This document shows positions 7,475 through 17,200 of a stretch of DNA of 64,000 bases, in pieces (the stretch's first letter is position 1; every line of letters begins with the position of its first letter). The stretch spans positions 8,581-72,580 of the forward strand of contig CAIOAT010000016.1 in the NCBI GenBank assembly GCA_903856085.1, written 5' to 3'. The notes under the pieces were generated by a model. That model worked only from the letters and a program-made list of their open reading frames with translations, had not been told where the DNA came from and made no database searches. The DNA comes from Candidatus Omnitrophota bacterium (GTDB taxonomy: Bacteria; Omnitrophota; Omnitrophia; Omnitrophales; Aquincolibacteriaceae). The position numbers were made by a program, and so were the translations under genes.

Positions 7475-9231
7475 AAGCACCTCACCACAGATGGATTTTC
7501 AAAAAGTTCATTCCGCCGCTTAAAAAGAATCTTTTCTTGAGACTCATCCCCGCGATACTCCCCATCTGCGAGGTTGCAGAGATACTTCAGATATTTTTCA
7601 ACAGCCTCAAAAGTACCGTCTTCGGTATCGGGGAGATCGGCGCGGGAAACTTCCGGAGAAAACGTCACAAGACATTTGACATCCAGCATACGGGCCGCAA
7701 TAAACCCAAGCAATCCGATCGGCCCCGGCGTATCGATCACGATACGATCGGGATTCCATTTCTCGATCACCGAGAGCGCCCCGAGAACCGATGGAATCCT
7801 GAGCGAGAAACAACCGAAAAATCGTCTTCGAAGGAGCCCGATCATCGGCAGGTCGAGCGCCCCGGAACAACCCAGCGGCCTTCGCGGACGGGAACAGACA
7901 GCCACTCTGACAGACTGACCTCTGGCGAGGTTCCGCTTGGAGCGGAATTCTTCGAGATCCCTCAGCGACCTTACGGCATCCGAGAACCAGAGACTCCTTT
8001 CCGGGATTTTCGCCGACCTGGCCGGACATTCTTCATGGAACTCAAGGTCTTCCAACAGCCTCTTGTTATGGTTCAACAAACGGAGTGCAGCAAAGAACGG
8101 CGCACCGAGGAATGTGGTCGCAATAATGCCTTTTTTCAGCCAGCGGGCCTTTCCGGCACGCCCCTGCTTCGGCCCAAGAGCCTGGATCATGTTCCGGACG
8201 ATCTCATCGAGCAATATTGTCAGTTGTTTGTAAACAAGATCGATCCTCTGGACGGAGGAGAGGGAGCTATTCGAGGCATACCCTCGGAAAATACCAGAAA
8301 AGAATTTCCCGAGAACCTTATGAAAATTCCGTGGACTTCGTACAAGAAAAAATGAGAGGACGCGAAGTAATCCACCGTGGGATTTATTCCCCCGAAGCAT
8401 CCCGCCAATTTCGCGGGAGATGAACGCGGGGCTCTTTTTCCCAGCGAGATCACCATAAACGTGCCCCCCGATCAAGATAAAGCTCAAAGCCATGGACTTA
8501 TAATCGTGGTTACGGCCAAACCCGAATGTCTTTTTATCACGAAGAGATTGCAGAAAATCTTGCTTTGTCCTGCCAGAGGCCACCGTGAAGGTATCCCCGA
8601 TAAAAAGACCAGCATGATCATCCGACCCGCCTGTCAGTCCCTTAATCCAGCTGTCTTCCGAGAAAGGTTCGATCCGATGCTTGGCATGCAACCGTTCGAT
8701 ATCTTCGTGGGTCAAATGCTCGATGGCCTCGGTCCATTCCTGGTTATGACGGGTGGCATGAGCACCGTTCACACTTTCAAAAACATCGAAAAGCAAAATA
8801 AGCTTTTCAAGGCCGTCGCGATCAATCTTGCGATTCACGCTGAGCGTTGCGTGAGCAACCGAATAGGCGAGCCTTTCTGCACGGATATAATCCCTGAAAG
8901 CATAAATGTTCGAACGGAGCCCCAGGAGCTTCGCGAACTGTTTTTCTGTAAGATCGAAAACAAGGATGTGAACCTTGCAATGGTTCTCCGGGAAAACAAC
9001 CGAAAACTCACAACTAACAAAGGCTTCGGCGGGATACTTGTGGGCCAGACGGAGCGCTCCCTCAATAGAATTGTGGTCGGTCACCGTAACAAAATCCATT
9101 TTCTTGAATTTTGCAACGCGATAAATATGCTCGAGCTCCGTATAGGATTCACGGACCCCGAGCGCTTTCAACGTCCACTCATCTCCATCCAGAGAATACT
9201 TCGAATGCAAATGCAGATCGGCTCTAGCCAT
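7471..9231 (-). CDS. PHP-domain metal-dependent phosphoesterase fused to the N-terminal half of a GT-B (GT4-like) fold
   Basis: PHP motifs: DLHLHSKYSLDG, VTDHNSIEG, GGSDDHAG. The C-terminal ~170 aa resemble a GT4 N-domain (VRVAVCS..., PDRIVIDTPGPIGLLGFIAARML) with no C-half. ATG 9231 has SD GGAAAGGAA. The track start at 9255 is a TTG. Confidence 0.7.
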   Translation of the reverse strand: MARADLHLHSKYSLDGDEWTLKALGVRESYTELEHIYRVAKFKKMDFVTVTDHNSIEGALRLAHKYPAEAFVSCEFSVVFPENHCKVHILVFDLTEKQFAKLLGLRSNIYAFRDYIRAERLAYSVAHATLSVNRKIDRDGLEKLILLFDVFESVNGAHATRHNQEWTEAIEHLTHEDIERLHAKHRIEPFSEDSWIKGLTGGSDDHAGLFIGDTFTVASGRTKQDFLQSLRDKKTFGFGRNHDYKSMALSFILIGGHVYGDLAGKKSPAFISREIGGMLRGNKSHGGLLRVLSFFLVRSPRNFHKVLGKFFSGIFRGYASNSSLSSVQRIDLVYKQLTILLDEIVRNMIQALGPKQGRAGKARWLKKGIIATTFLGAPFFAALRLLNHNKRLLEDLEFHEECPARSAKIPERSLWFSDAVRSLRDLEEFRSKRNLARGQSVRVAVCSRPRRPLGCSGALDLPMIGLLRRRFFGCFSLRIPSVLGALSVIEKWNPDRIVIDTPGPIGLLGFIAARMLDVKCLVTFSPEVSRADLPDTEDGTFEAVEKYLKYLCNLADGEYRGDESQEKILFKRRNELFENPSVVRCL

Positions 9232-9385
9232 AAATGATTCCTTTCCTGGACTCAAGATCTACCCAGAATCATTATCGACGATCAACATGATGGGAGTGTT
9301 TGGCGGAGGAAAATTCCGTGTAAAATCATTTTGAAACGACGTAATCAGCTCTGGGGAAACAGGTTAAAGAAACCCTGCCGAACGC

Positions 9386-11455
9386 TCACTGCAGATTTTT
9401 ATTGGCCTTGGGACGCTGAGGCTTGAGATCAAGGGGAAGCTGTTTGTCATGCAAAGCTTCGTTCTCAAGCGCTTTTTGGCAAAGGTACTCTTGAACACGG
9501 AATTTCTTTTCGCCCGCAGGATCCTTTTTTTGATAGGTCCCATCGGGAGAAAGCCCCCAAGCCTTCTGGTTATCCTTGAAATAATGATGGAGGAGCTGAA
9601 TGAGTTCTTTTTTGTTTTTTCTATCCTCCACAGGAAACATGAGCTCAAGACGCTTATCAAAATTCCTCGGCATCCAATCTGCGCTGGAAAGATAAACTTC
9701 GTCGTCCCCTGCGTTCGAAAAATAAAAAATCCGACTGTGTTCCAGGAACATATCGACAATACTCACCACCTCGATATTTTCACTCAGGCCTTTGACTCCT
9801 GGCCGGAGGCAACAGATCCCGCGAACATTCAGTTTTATCTGAACCCCTTTTTGCGAAGCGCGATAGAGAGCATCAATGATCTCCTTATCCACCAAAGAGT
9901 TCATCTTCGCAATTATGAGGCCGGAGCGTTCGGGGGAACTCTGCGCAGACTCCCGAAAGATCAACCGTAAAAGCTTCCGGCGTAACCCATAGGGTGCCAT
10001 TTCGAGCTTGGAAAAATGACCGGGGCTTGAGAACCCCGTCATGAGATTGAAGAAGGAACTGACATCCGCGGCAAACTCATCATGACTCGTAAAAAGATTA
10101 AGGTCCGAATAGATCTGAGCGGTTTTTTCATTGTAATTCCCGGTTCCAAGATGCAGATACCGCTTGATCCCTGCGGCTTCACGACGAACAACCAAGCAAA
10201 CTTTGGAATGTGTTTTCAGACCAACCACCCCATAAAGGATCGTAGCCCCCGCTCTCTCCAAACGTTTGGCCTCTTCGATATTCCGCTCTTCATCAAAGCG
10301 CGCCTTCAGCTCAACTAAGACGGTAACCTGTTTTCCCTTTTCCACTGCTTTTTCAAGAGCATTAATGACCGGCGAATGATTCCCAGTCCTGTAAAGCGTC
10401 TGTTTGATAGCTAAAACATCCGGATCTTCTGCGGCAGTCGAAACAAACCGAAGAAAAGCACTGAAAGAATCGTAGGGATAATGCACCAACAGATCTTTTT
10501 CCCTGAGCAATCCCCAAAGGTCACCGGCTTCCGTCATTTCCAGAACGGGTCGCGGTATCCATGCGAGCCGCTTGAACCTTTCGAACCCGGGCTGGAATGC
10601 TAGCTGAGAAATGCTTTTAAGATCAAGCCATCCCTCACTTTTAAAGATCTCATGTCCCTCAATGCCCATTTTCTGTTTCAAATGGTCGATCATGTCATCG
10701 GACGCATCGATCTCAAGACGCACGACCCGGCTTTCCTTTCTAGACCGCAGAGCCTCACTCATAAGTTTTGCTAGGTCTTCGTCCTTTTCTTCATCGATCG
10801 TAAATTCCGCGCAACGCGTCACCCTAAGGGACCCCTGACGCCCGATCATAAACCCGAGAAAAAGCTCCTGCGCAAAAAGACCGATCACGTCTTCGATCAG
10901 AATGAACGCATGGCTAGATTCCGAGGGAAGCATGATCATGCGCGGACAATTTTTAGGGATCTCAACCAAGGCGTAACGTGCGGCTGCGAGATTGGTGGAT
11001 TCTGTGAGTTCAAAAATACGGTAAAGACTCAGGTTTGCGAGGCTCGGGAAAGGCTGTTCTTCATGAACCGCGAGCGGTGTGAGGAGCGGCAAGAACTCCG
11101 TCAAAAAAAGGTTTTTAATGAACAGGAACTGTTTCTCGTTCAGGGCTTGCGGAAGGACTCGCACAATACCGTCCCCTTCCATTTCATGGACAAGAAGTTC
11201 CTTGAAATAAAGCTGCTGCTTATGGATCAAGGAAGACGCCTGCTGATAGATCTCCAGCAGAAGTGGGTCTGTTTCAGGGACGCTGGCAACGCGAACCATA
11301 AAAAATTCGTCGAAATTGGAGCTGACGATCCCGACAAACTTCAAGCGCTCCAGAACAGGATTCGAGATATCCATTGCCTCTGCCAGAACGCGGGCATTGA
11401 ACCGAATCCATGATAATTCCCGATCAAAATATTTTTCTTGAGGGATATTTTCCAT
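9386..11455 (-). CDS. ppk: Polyphosphate kinase 1
   Basis: 689 aa with a PPK1 N-terminus (YFDRELSWIRFNARVLAEA) and the conserved blocks GLKTHSKVCLVVRRE and FLEHSRIFYF. Confidence 0.95.
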   Translation of the reverse strand: MENIPQEKYFDRELSWIRFNARVLAEAMDISNPVLERLKFVGIVSSNFDEFFMVRVASVPETDPLLLEIYQQASSLIHKQQLYFKELLVHEMEGDGIVRVLPQALNEKQFLFIKNLFLTEFLPLLTPLAVHEEQPFPSLANLSLYRIFELTESTNLAAARYALVEIPKNCPRMIMLPSESSHAFILIEDVIGLFAQELFLGFMIGRQGSLRVTRCAEFTIDEEKDEDLAKLMSEALRSRKESRVVRLEIDASDDMIDHLKQKMGIEGHEIFKSEGWLDLKSISQLAFQPGFERFKRLAWIPRPVLEMTEAGDLWGLLREKDLLVHYPYDSFSAFLRFVSTAAEDPDVLAIKQTLYRTGNHSPVINALEKAVEKGKQVTVLVELKARFDEERNIEEAKRLERAGATILYGVVGLKTHSKVCLVVRREAAGIKRYLHLGTGNYNEKTAQIYSDLNLFTSHDEFAADVSSFFNLMTGFSSPGHFSKLEMAPYGLRRKLLRLIFRESAQSSPERSGLIIAKMNSLVDKEIIDALYRASQKGVQIKLNVRGICCLRPGVKGLSENIEVVSIVDMFLEHSRIFYFSNAGDDEVYLSSADWMPRNFDKRLELMFPVEDRKNKKELIQLLHHYFKDNQKAWGLSPDGTYQKKDPAGEKKFRVQEYLCQKALENEALHDKQLPLDLKPQRPKANKNLQ

Positions 11456-11467
11456 AGTTTTGAAACT

Positions 11468-13030
11468 CTAAAGCGACGGGCCCGCGCCTTGCTTCAGATC
11501 GAGGGGTGCTCCAAAAACATCGGCGAACATGTCCCCTTTCCGTCGCAGGCTTTCCCGTTCAAGCGAAATATCCCCGATCTCTTTCGGCACCCAGATCGCA
11601 TAAGTGTCTTCCGAACGTTCCAGAGTAAACGACCGGATCTTCTGCTGGTGGCCGGTGTCCAAAGCGTCTGCAATGCGCAGGATGGAAGCAAGTTTTGAGA
11701 CGATTGCCCGGTCCGATTTCGCAAGAGACATGTAAGGTACGTGCGTTTCGCGCGGCGGCACACGGCGATGATACCGGACAACATTAGCGACAATATTCTT
11801 GTCGGTCCTCCTCAGCCCGAAGATCTCGGCGGCATCCACTAAATAATACGAATGCTTGTGGTGTCCCGAAGGAGAAACGTAGGTTCCAATATCATGTAAG
11901 ATACCGGAAACCTCGAGCAAAAGACGCTCGCGGGACCCCATGCCATGATCTCCCGCAAGCAGGTCATAAAGTTTCAATGAGAGTGAGGCCACGCAAACCG
12001 CATGCCCCTTGTCGTACATATATTTTGCCCCAAGGTGGTGGGCGGAATTAAGGACCTGCTTCGAGACGTCCGTTCTTCGGTAACCCGAAAAAAGCTGGGC
12101 CATTTCGAGCAAAAGACCGTCCCGAATACTTAATTTTGGGATAATGACCTCCTCCGCCTTGGTTTCATTTAAAAAATTCAAATAAAAAAGAAGCGCGGGG
12201 TAAAGGGACTCCGCATGCCCATAATCGAGAGAGTATTGCGCGGCAATCTCTTCGGGCGTCATTTTCCCCACCCGCCCCATAAAACTCACAAATTCTTTCT
12301 TTTCAAGAATGGTGAAACGGTCGAGAGTCTCCGGAAGAAGCTGCTGCGATACGAATCGCATATCTCCACCCAGAGCAACGAACGTATCGATCTGCTCCAT
12401 ACGAACTTCACGCGCCACGTTCTGTGCGATATCCCGGATACTCTTCTTCAGAACACGCTGTATGAGTCCCGCATCTTCTTTCCCGGCTACGGCCTGCTCG
12501 GGAAGCCTTACTGATCCTATCGGCAGGGTCCGCGTAACGCTCACCCGACCTTGATCCATGATGATCATTTCCGTACTGCCAGAGCCTACTTCGACGATCA
12601 GGCAATTCTTTTTTTCGAGATCGATCCTCCCCTCCAGCGCATGCTCGACCGCGATCAATTCGAGACGGTTTTCTTCCGGGCCCTCCAAGATCTCCACTTC
12701 GATGCCAGCGCGCACATAGATTTGATCGATGAAATTATCCCGATTCTGGGCCTCCCGGACAGCGCTCGTGGCGATCGCTTGGACTTTTTTGATTCCATAC
12801 GTATCGATCACAGACTTGAAGTCTCGGAGAATGTTCACACCCTGGCGCATGGAAGCACTGCTCAACCTGCCCGTTTTAAAAACATCTTTGCCGAAACGAA
12901 CCGGCTTTTGAAGCTGCTCCAAATAACGAATCTCGTTTTTGGCTCCAACCTCCGCAATCACCATGCGGATTGCAATGGTTCCGATGTCAATAACGGCGGC
13001 GATATGTTTTTGAATTTCTTGTTCAGGCAT
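11468..13030 (-). CDS. ppx: Exopolyphosphatase (Ppx/GppA family) with C-terminal HD domain
   Basis: ASKHA-fold motifs AAVIDIGTIAIRMVIAEV and VEVGSGSTEMI. The C-terminal HD region is ILHDIGTYVSPSGHHKHSYY. It lies 12 nt upstream of ppk1. Confidence 0.9.
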   Translation of the reverse strand: MPEQEIQKHIAAVIDIGTIAIRMVIAEVGAKNEIRYLEQLQKPVRFGKDVFKTGRLSSASMRQGVNILRDFKSVIDTYGIKKVQAIATSAVREAQNRDNFIDQIYVRAGIEVEILEGPEENRLELIAVEHALEGRIDLEKKNCLIVEVGSGSTEMIIMDQGRVSVTRTLPIGSVRLPEQAVAGKEDAGLIQRVLKKSIRDIAQNVAREVRMEQIDTFVALGGDMRFVSQQLLPETLDRFTILEKKEFVSFMGRVGKMTPEEIAAQYSLDYGHAESLYPALLFYLNFLNETKAEEVIIPKLSIRDGLLLEMAQLFSGYRRTDVSKQVLNSAHHLGAKYMYDKGHAVCVASLSLKLYDLLAGDHGMGSRERLLLEVSGILHDIGTYVSPSGHHKHSYYLVDAAEIFGLRRTDKNIVANVVRYHRRVPPRETHVPYMSLAKSDRAIVSKLASILRIADALDTGHQQKIRSFTLERSEDTYAIWVPKEIGDISLERESLRRKGDMFADVFGAPLDLKQGAGPSL

Positions 13031-13038
13031 GCTGTTCC

Positions 13039-14031
13039 CTACTTTTTGGCCGCTTTAAAAACTTCATGGGCCATTTTGGCGGCTCCTAAAATAACCGCAT
13101 TATCCTTCAGTTTGGACGGGACGATTTTCACCACTTTGGCGAGGGGCTTAAGCGCGTAAGCTTCCATCTCACGTCTGACCTCAGGAAGAATGATCTTTCC
13201 CATCGCCTCCATCATTCCTCCTCCCAAGAGGATCAATTCCGGATTCAAAATGTTCACCACATTCGCTAGCGCAACCCCGAGCCACCGGGAACGGCTCCGG
13301 ATCAGCTCCTCTAACGCGATATCCCCCGCTTTGATAGCGCGGGACAAAGCACCGCTGCGGATTTTTTTTACGTTATAACCGATCTCTTCGAGAAGATGCG
13401 GGCACTTCTGCCGCAGCAAGAGGAACCCCGCCTCCGATGCAATAGCATTCCTGCCGACCAAAGCTCCGACTTTTTGGCGCGACGTTTCAAAATCAGAAAA
13501 AGAAGGAAGTGACAGAAATGTCTGGCCGATCTCACCAGCTCCTCCAGAAGCGCCACGGTAAAGATGTCCGTTGATGATGAGCGCCCCGCCGATACCCGTT
13601 CCTAGGAAAACCCCCACGACTTCCCGATAACCCCGCGCTGCGCCGAATTGCTGTTCTCCGAAAAGCCCCGCATTGGCATCGTTTTCAATAAAGACCGGTG
13701 TTTTCAGCTTCGCTTTCAGTTTTTCAGCAAGTGAATAATTCTTAAAAAAAGATACGTTGGAGGAGACTTTGACGATCCCTTTATAGATATCAATGATTCC
13801 AGGACAACCCACACCGATGGTTACAAGATCACTCAGGTCCGACCCGGTTTCTTCCAGAACTTCCTCGATCCCGTCAATGAGCTTGTTGAAAAAGAACCTC
13901 TCGCCGCGATTACCGTCCATCTCAAGTTTGACGGTCTTTTTTAAACTAAATTTCCTGTCAAAAAGACCTATCAGAATCTTGGTCCCGCCCAGATCGATGC
14001 CAAGGATGAACTTCTTTTTCTTGCCCGCCAT
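13039..14031 (-). CDS. ROK-family sugar kinase lacking the zinc CxCGxxGC motif (candidate glucokinase, possibly polyphosphate-dependent)
   Basis: Motifs GIDLGGTKILIG, ENDANAGLFGE and GTGIGGALIING. The only cysteines are in GVGCPG and RQKCPH, so the usual ROK zinc motif is absent. SD GGGGAGAG precedes ATG 14031. The track start at 14061 falls inside the predicted -10. Confidence 0.75.
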   Translation of the reverse strand: MAGKKKKFILGIDLGGTKILIGLFDRKFSLKKTVKLEMDGNRGERFFFNKLIDGIEEVLEETGSDLSDLVTIGVGCPGIIDIYKGIVKVSSNVSFFKNYSLAEKLKAKLKTPVFIENDANAGLFGEQQFGAARGYREVVGVFLGTGIGGALIINGHLYRGASGGAGEIGQTFLSLPSFSDFETSRQKVGALVGRNAIASEAGFLLLRQKCPHLLEEIGYNVKKIRSGALSRAIKAGDIALEELIRSRSRWLGVALANVVNILNPELILLGGGMMEAMGKIILPEVRREMEAYALKPLAKVVKIVPSKLKDNAVILGAAKMAHEVFKAAKK

Positions 14032-14059
14032 AGACTCTCCCCTTTCAAAATTGATTTCC

Positions 14060-14103
14060 ATTATAATGGCTCAGGGAAGTTTTTATGTAAAGCATTTGTA
14101 AAG
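14060..14103 (-). promoter_or_regulatory. Pho-box-like repeat plus consensus -10 for the ROK-ppx-ppk1 operon
   Basis: Top strand has TGTAAAG (14086-14092) and TGTAAAG (14097-14103), exactly 11 bp apart. On the gene strand this reads CTTTACA-AATG-CTTTACA. TATAAT (14065-14060) lies 20 nt downstream, and ATG 14031 follows about 29 nt later. Confidence 0.6.
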
Positions 14104-14279
14104 TCTTGGTGGCTCTATCCATTCAGACCACCTAAAAAGCCCTTCCAGAAATTCCGTAGAGAAATCCACAGGCCCCTATCTTCACACAAAACACAGGGTA
14201 TTCCTCGCGATCTTTTAACGCAAACAAGCCATCACATAAACCTCTGTGCGAATGAACACGTTTTTCACAGGAACTGTTT

Positions 14280-17200
14280 TTATGCCGCTACTTTAACAGC
14301 CTTTGCATTTCTCCAGGAAGCAGCAAGGAACTCTGTGACAAGCATCAAGGCATCTTTCATGCCCCAAAGATCCCGTTTTCTTCCTAGCTCAAAAAGTTGC
14401 CGACTTGTGACAAGATACCAGAGAAGAGAAAAAAGAACCTCCGGGTCAGAGCTCTTCAACTCCTTATCGTAATAAACAAGATTCCCAACGCAACTCTTCA
14501 CCTTTTGGACTTCGCGGCGATCGATTCCGACATAAGCATAATCCAAGCGTTGATATTGAGGTCCGGTGACTAAGGGACGCAGGAATTTCAAAATGGAAGC
14601 ACTAATGCTATCAGATATCTCTACTAGCTGAAAATGTCCGGTAGGAAGCTCCATTTTCTTTATCTTTTGTTCGATTGCCTCTTTCCCGGGAAATCGACTC
14701 CTCTCGAACAGGATAATGACACGGAACGGCAGCCGCGAAAGCAGCAAAAGATGCTCATCGCGAATTCCGATCCTCGCGTCCAGGAAAAGGGTGTTCAAGG
14801 CATTGGCCCGCTGCGGAAGAGCGCGGAACATTCCCATTCCTTTTTGGAAGGCTAAAAAATCGTCCCCTGATAGCGCTAAAAGCTCCTTCAGATCCGGTCC
14901 TGTGCTTTCTGAAAGAAAACTCGCGTCACCCAAAAGAGATTTTAAGCGCGGTAAAAGTTTTACATCCTCCGGTCCTAGGATCCATTCCGTGATCTTGATG
15001 GCAACCAGAAGACGGACTTTCTCCGAAACAACCGGCGTCACGTCTTCTTGCAAGGAAATCTCACGCGTAACCTCTTTGGGATTGAGTTCTAACGCTGGGG
15101 GTTTTTCGGAAGTTCTGTCTTCTCTCAATTCGGAACGCAGCACCCCACCAGGGCCCACAGCAGCCAACGCGGTTGCAATCGCCGAAAAGTGCGTCGTTAG
15201 AATCTTGTAAGTACGCGGCGTAAAGACACCTCGTTTTTCACGCAACATCGTAGAAACATCCTCGGGGGAGAGGGCCACGATCTCAACGGCATCATCTCCC
15301 GGTCTAAATTCTTTCCAATTGAACTCTCCATTGAGCGAAAAATGAAACAACTTTACATCCTCTTTTCTTGTGGTGGGAACTTGCCTTCGCCCCTCATGAT
15401 GAACTTCATAGGAAAGAGGAGGGAGCTCCCGAACTGGTAATGAGGTTAAGGCCGCGGGAAGAGGGCGGCCATCACGGAGTTCTTCAAGGAACCCCCTCTG
15501 GATTGCGGCTTCCGGACTTTCTCCGGGCTCCAGATGCTCAAAAACGGGAAGATCCAATAGACCCGGATTACTGGAAGTTAAATTACTGCGCCGCTGAAAA
15601 ACAACTTTTCCATCCTTGGTCACAAATGCGGCAACCTTTAAGGCCGCCAGACCTCTTGCATGCCCCTGTTTTCTTGGCAAGTGTACGATTTGATCGCCTC
15701 GCGTATCACGAAACATAAAAATCTGCCGATCCGCGAGCAATGAACCTTCCCCCTCCAATCGCTCGACGGCTGTACGGTTCGCCAGCTCCGGAAAAGATAC
15801 CTCGAGGCGCTTCATCCGCTCCAAAATCCCAGCCCGATTGCTCCCAGATATAAAAAAATGATCGGAAGGCGCCGGAACAAAAGCCTCCACTTCAGGAGGC
15901 TTCTGCGCAGTCGCACGAAAGGTCTCCCACAGTTTTTTCCCCATCGTGCTATAAATCTTCGCATATGGATTGGCGGCATCTTGTCCATCCGAAAACGTTT
16001 TTTGATTATGAGCGAGCCTCTGAAGATTAGGCGACACCGAAGTATTCCCTCGAAGCTGAAGATCGAACTCAGCAACCACTCTCGCAAAATCCTCTACGAG
16101 ATCCACCACAAAAGCTCCATATTTTGAGATCAAGCTTTCTGTTTTTTTACGAAATACGTCTATCAATCCTTCCATCTGTTGACGTTCCTCCTCCGTCCTT
16201 GAAACAAGAGCCATGGGCCCTTTGGGAACTGCAAATTGAGGCGTGATCGCATTATCCAATGTCAGACCGGTCCCGAACAAATGCCCATACTGACCTAAGG
16301 CACCTTTCAATTCTTCTGGGCGACGAACCACATGCTCCACATCATGCCTCGGAGAACCGTTACGCCCCAACAACACGGGATGCCGATCTGTTTCAACTTC
16401 TTCCAGAGAAGCAAGCCGTGCGTCAATAACGATCTGACTTCCCTGGTTGTTATAGCTGATCACATTCGAGCTCAGGTCGCCTCCAGGGAAAATGATCTCT
16501 CCATGCTTCACGCCTTGCTCCCTGAAGTCGCCTGCCATCCGCAAAGCTTCGGCAAGATTCATCTTAAAGACCGCCATAGCAACCGCCAAAGGAATACCTG
16601 GCTGCGGGAACCAATAGATCTGTAATTTTTTACCCAACGACTCCGCCAGATCGCGAGCGGCAAAAAATTGTCCGGCATTCCCCGGGAAAAGGCCGTCGGA
16701 TTCCGCTACTTTGAAACGGAAATGTTTCAGAACATGATCCTGCGCTACCATTGTTTCAAAAAAATTCCGATTCTCTCCGTTTTTAGGCGGGAGCAAAATG
16801 ATCACCTCGACGTCCTCCCTCAAATTTTCATCCAAAAGCGCCCGGCTCATCTTTGCCATCATAAGATTTTCTCCGGCGACATCGTCCATCTGGGAAAGGG
16901 CAACTTCCCTCCTGGGTTCTGAGGCCGGTCGTGACATTTCATATTGTTTGTTTCTCATACGTTTCGCGGACGCCCGTAAGGATTGGATCTCACGTTTGAA
17001 AGTCCCGTAACCATTTCCACTAAGATTCCTCAACATCGGCCCCACATGCCTCCAAACTGAGAAAAGGGTCCACAAAACACCAAAGATTGTCGGAACTGTA
17101 ATCAACAACTGGTGCAAACCAAATATAAGGTTCAGGATGGGTACAATAAAAAGAATCGCCACTCCGGCCACCGCCAATGCCCGGCCAAGCCATCGTCCAT

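Noticed and set aside
9319-9338. TGTAAAA ... TGAAACG upstream of the PHP gene as a further Pho box
   Set aside because: The half-sites are 13 bp apart, the second is degenerate, and no -10 lies at the expected distance. It is kept only as a weak possibility.
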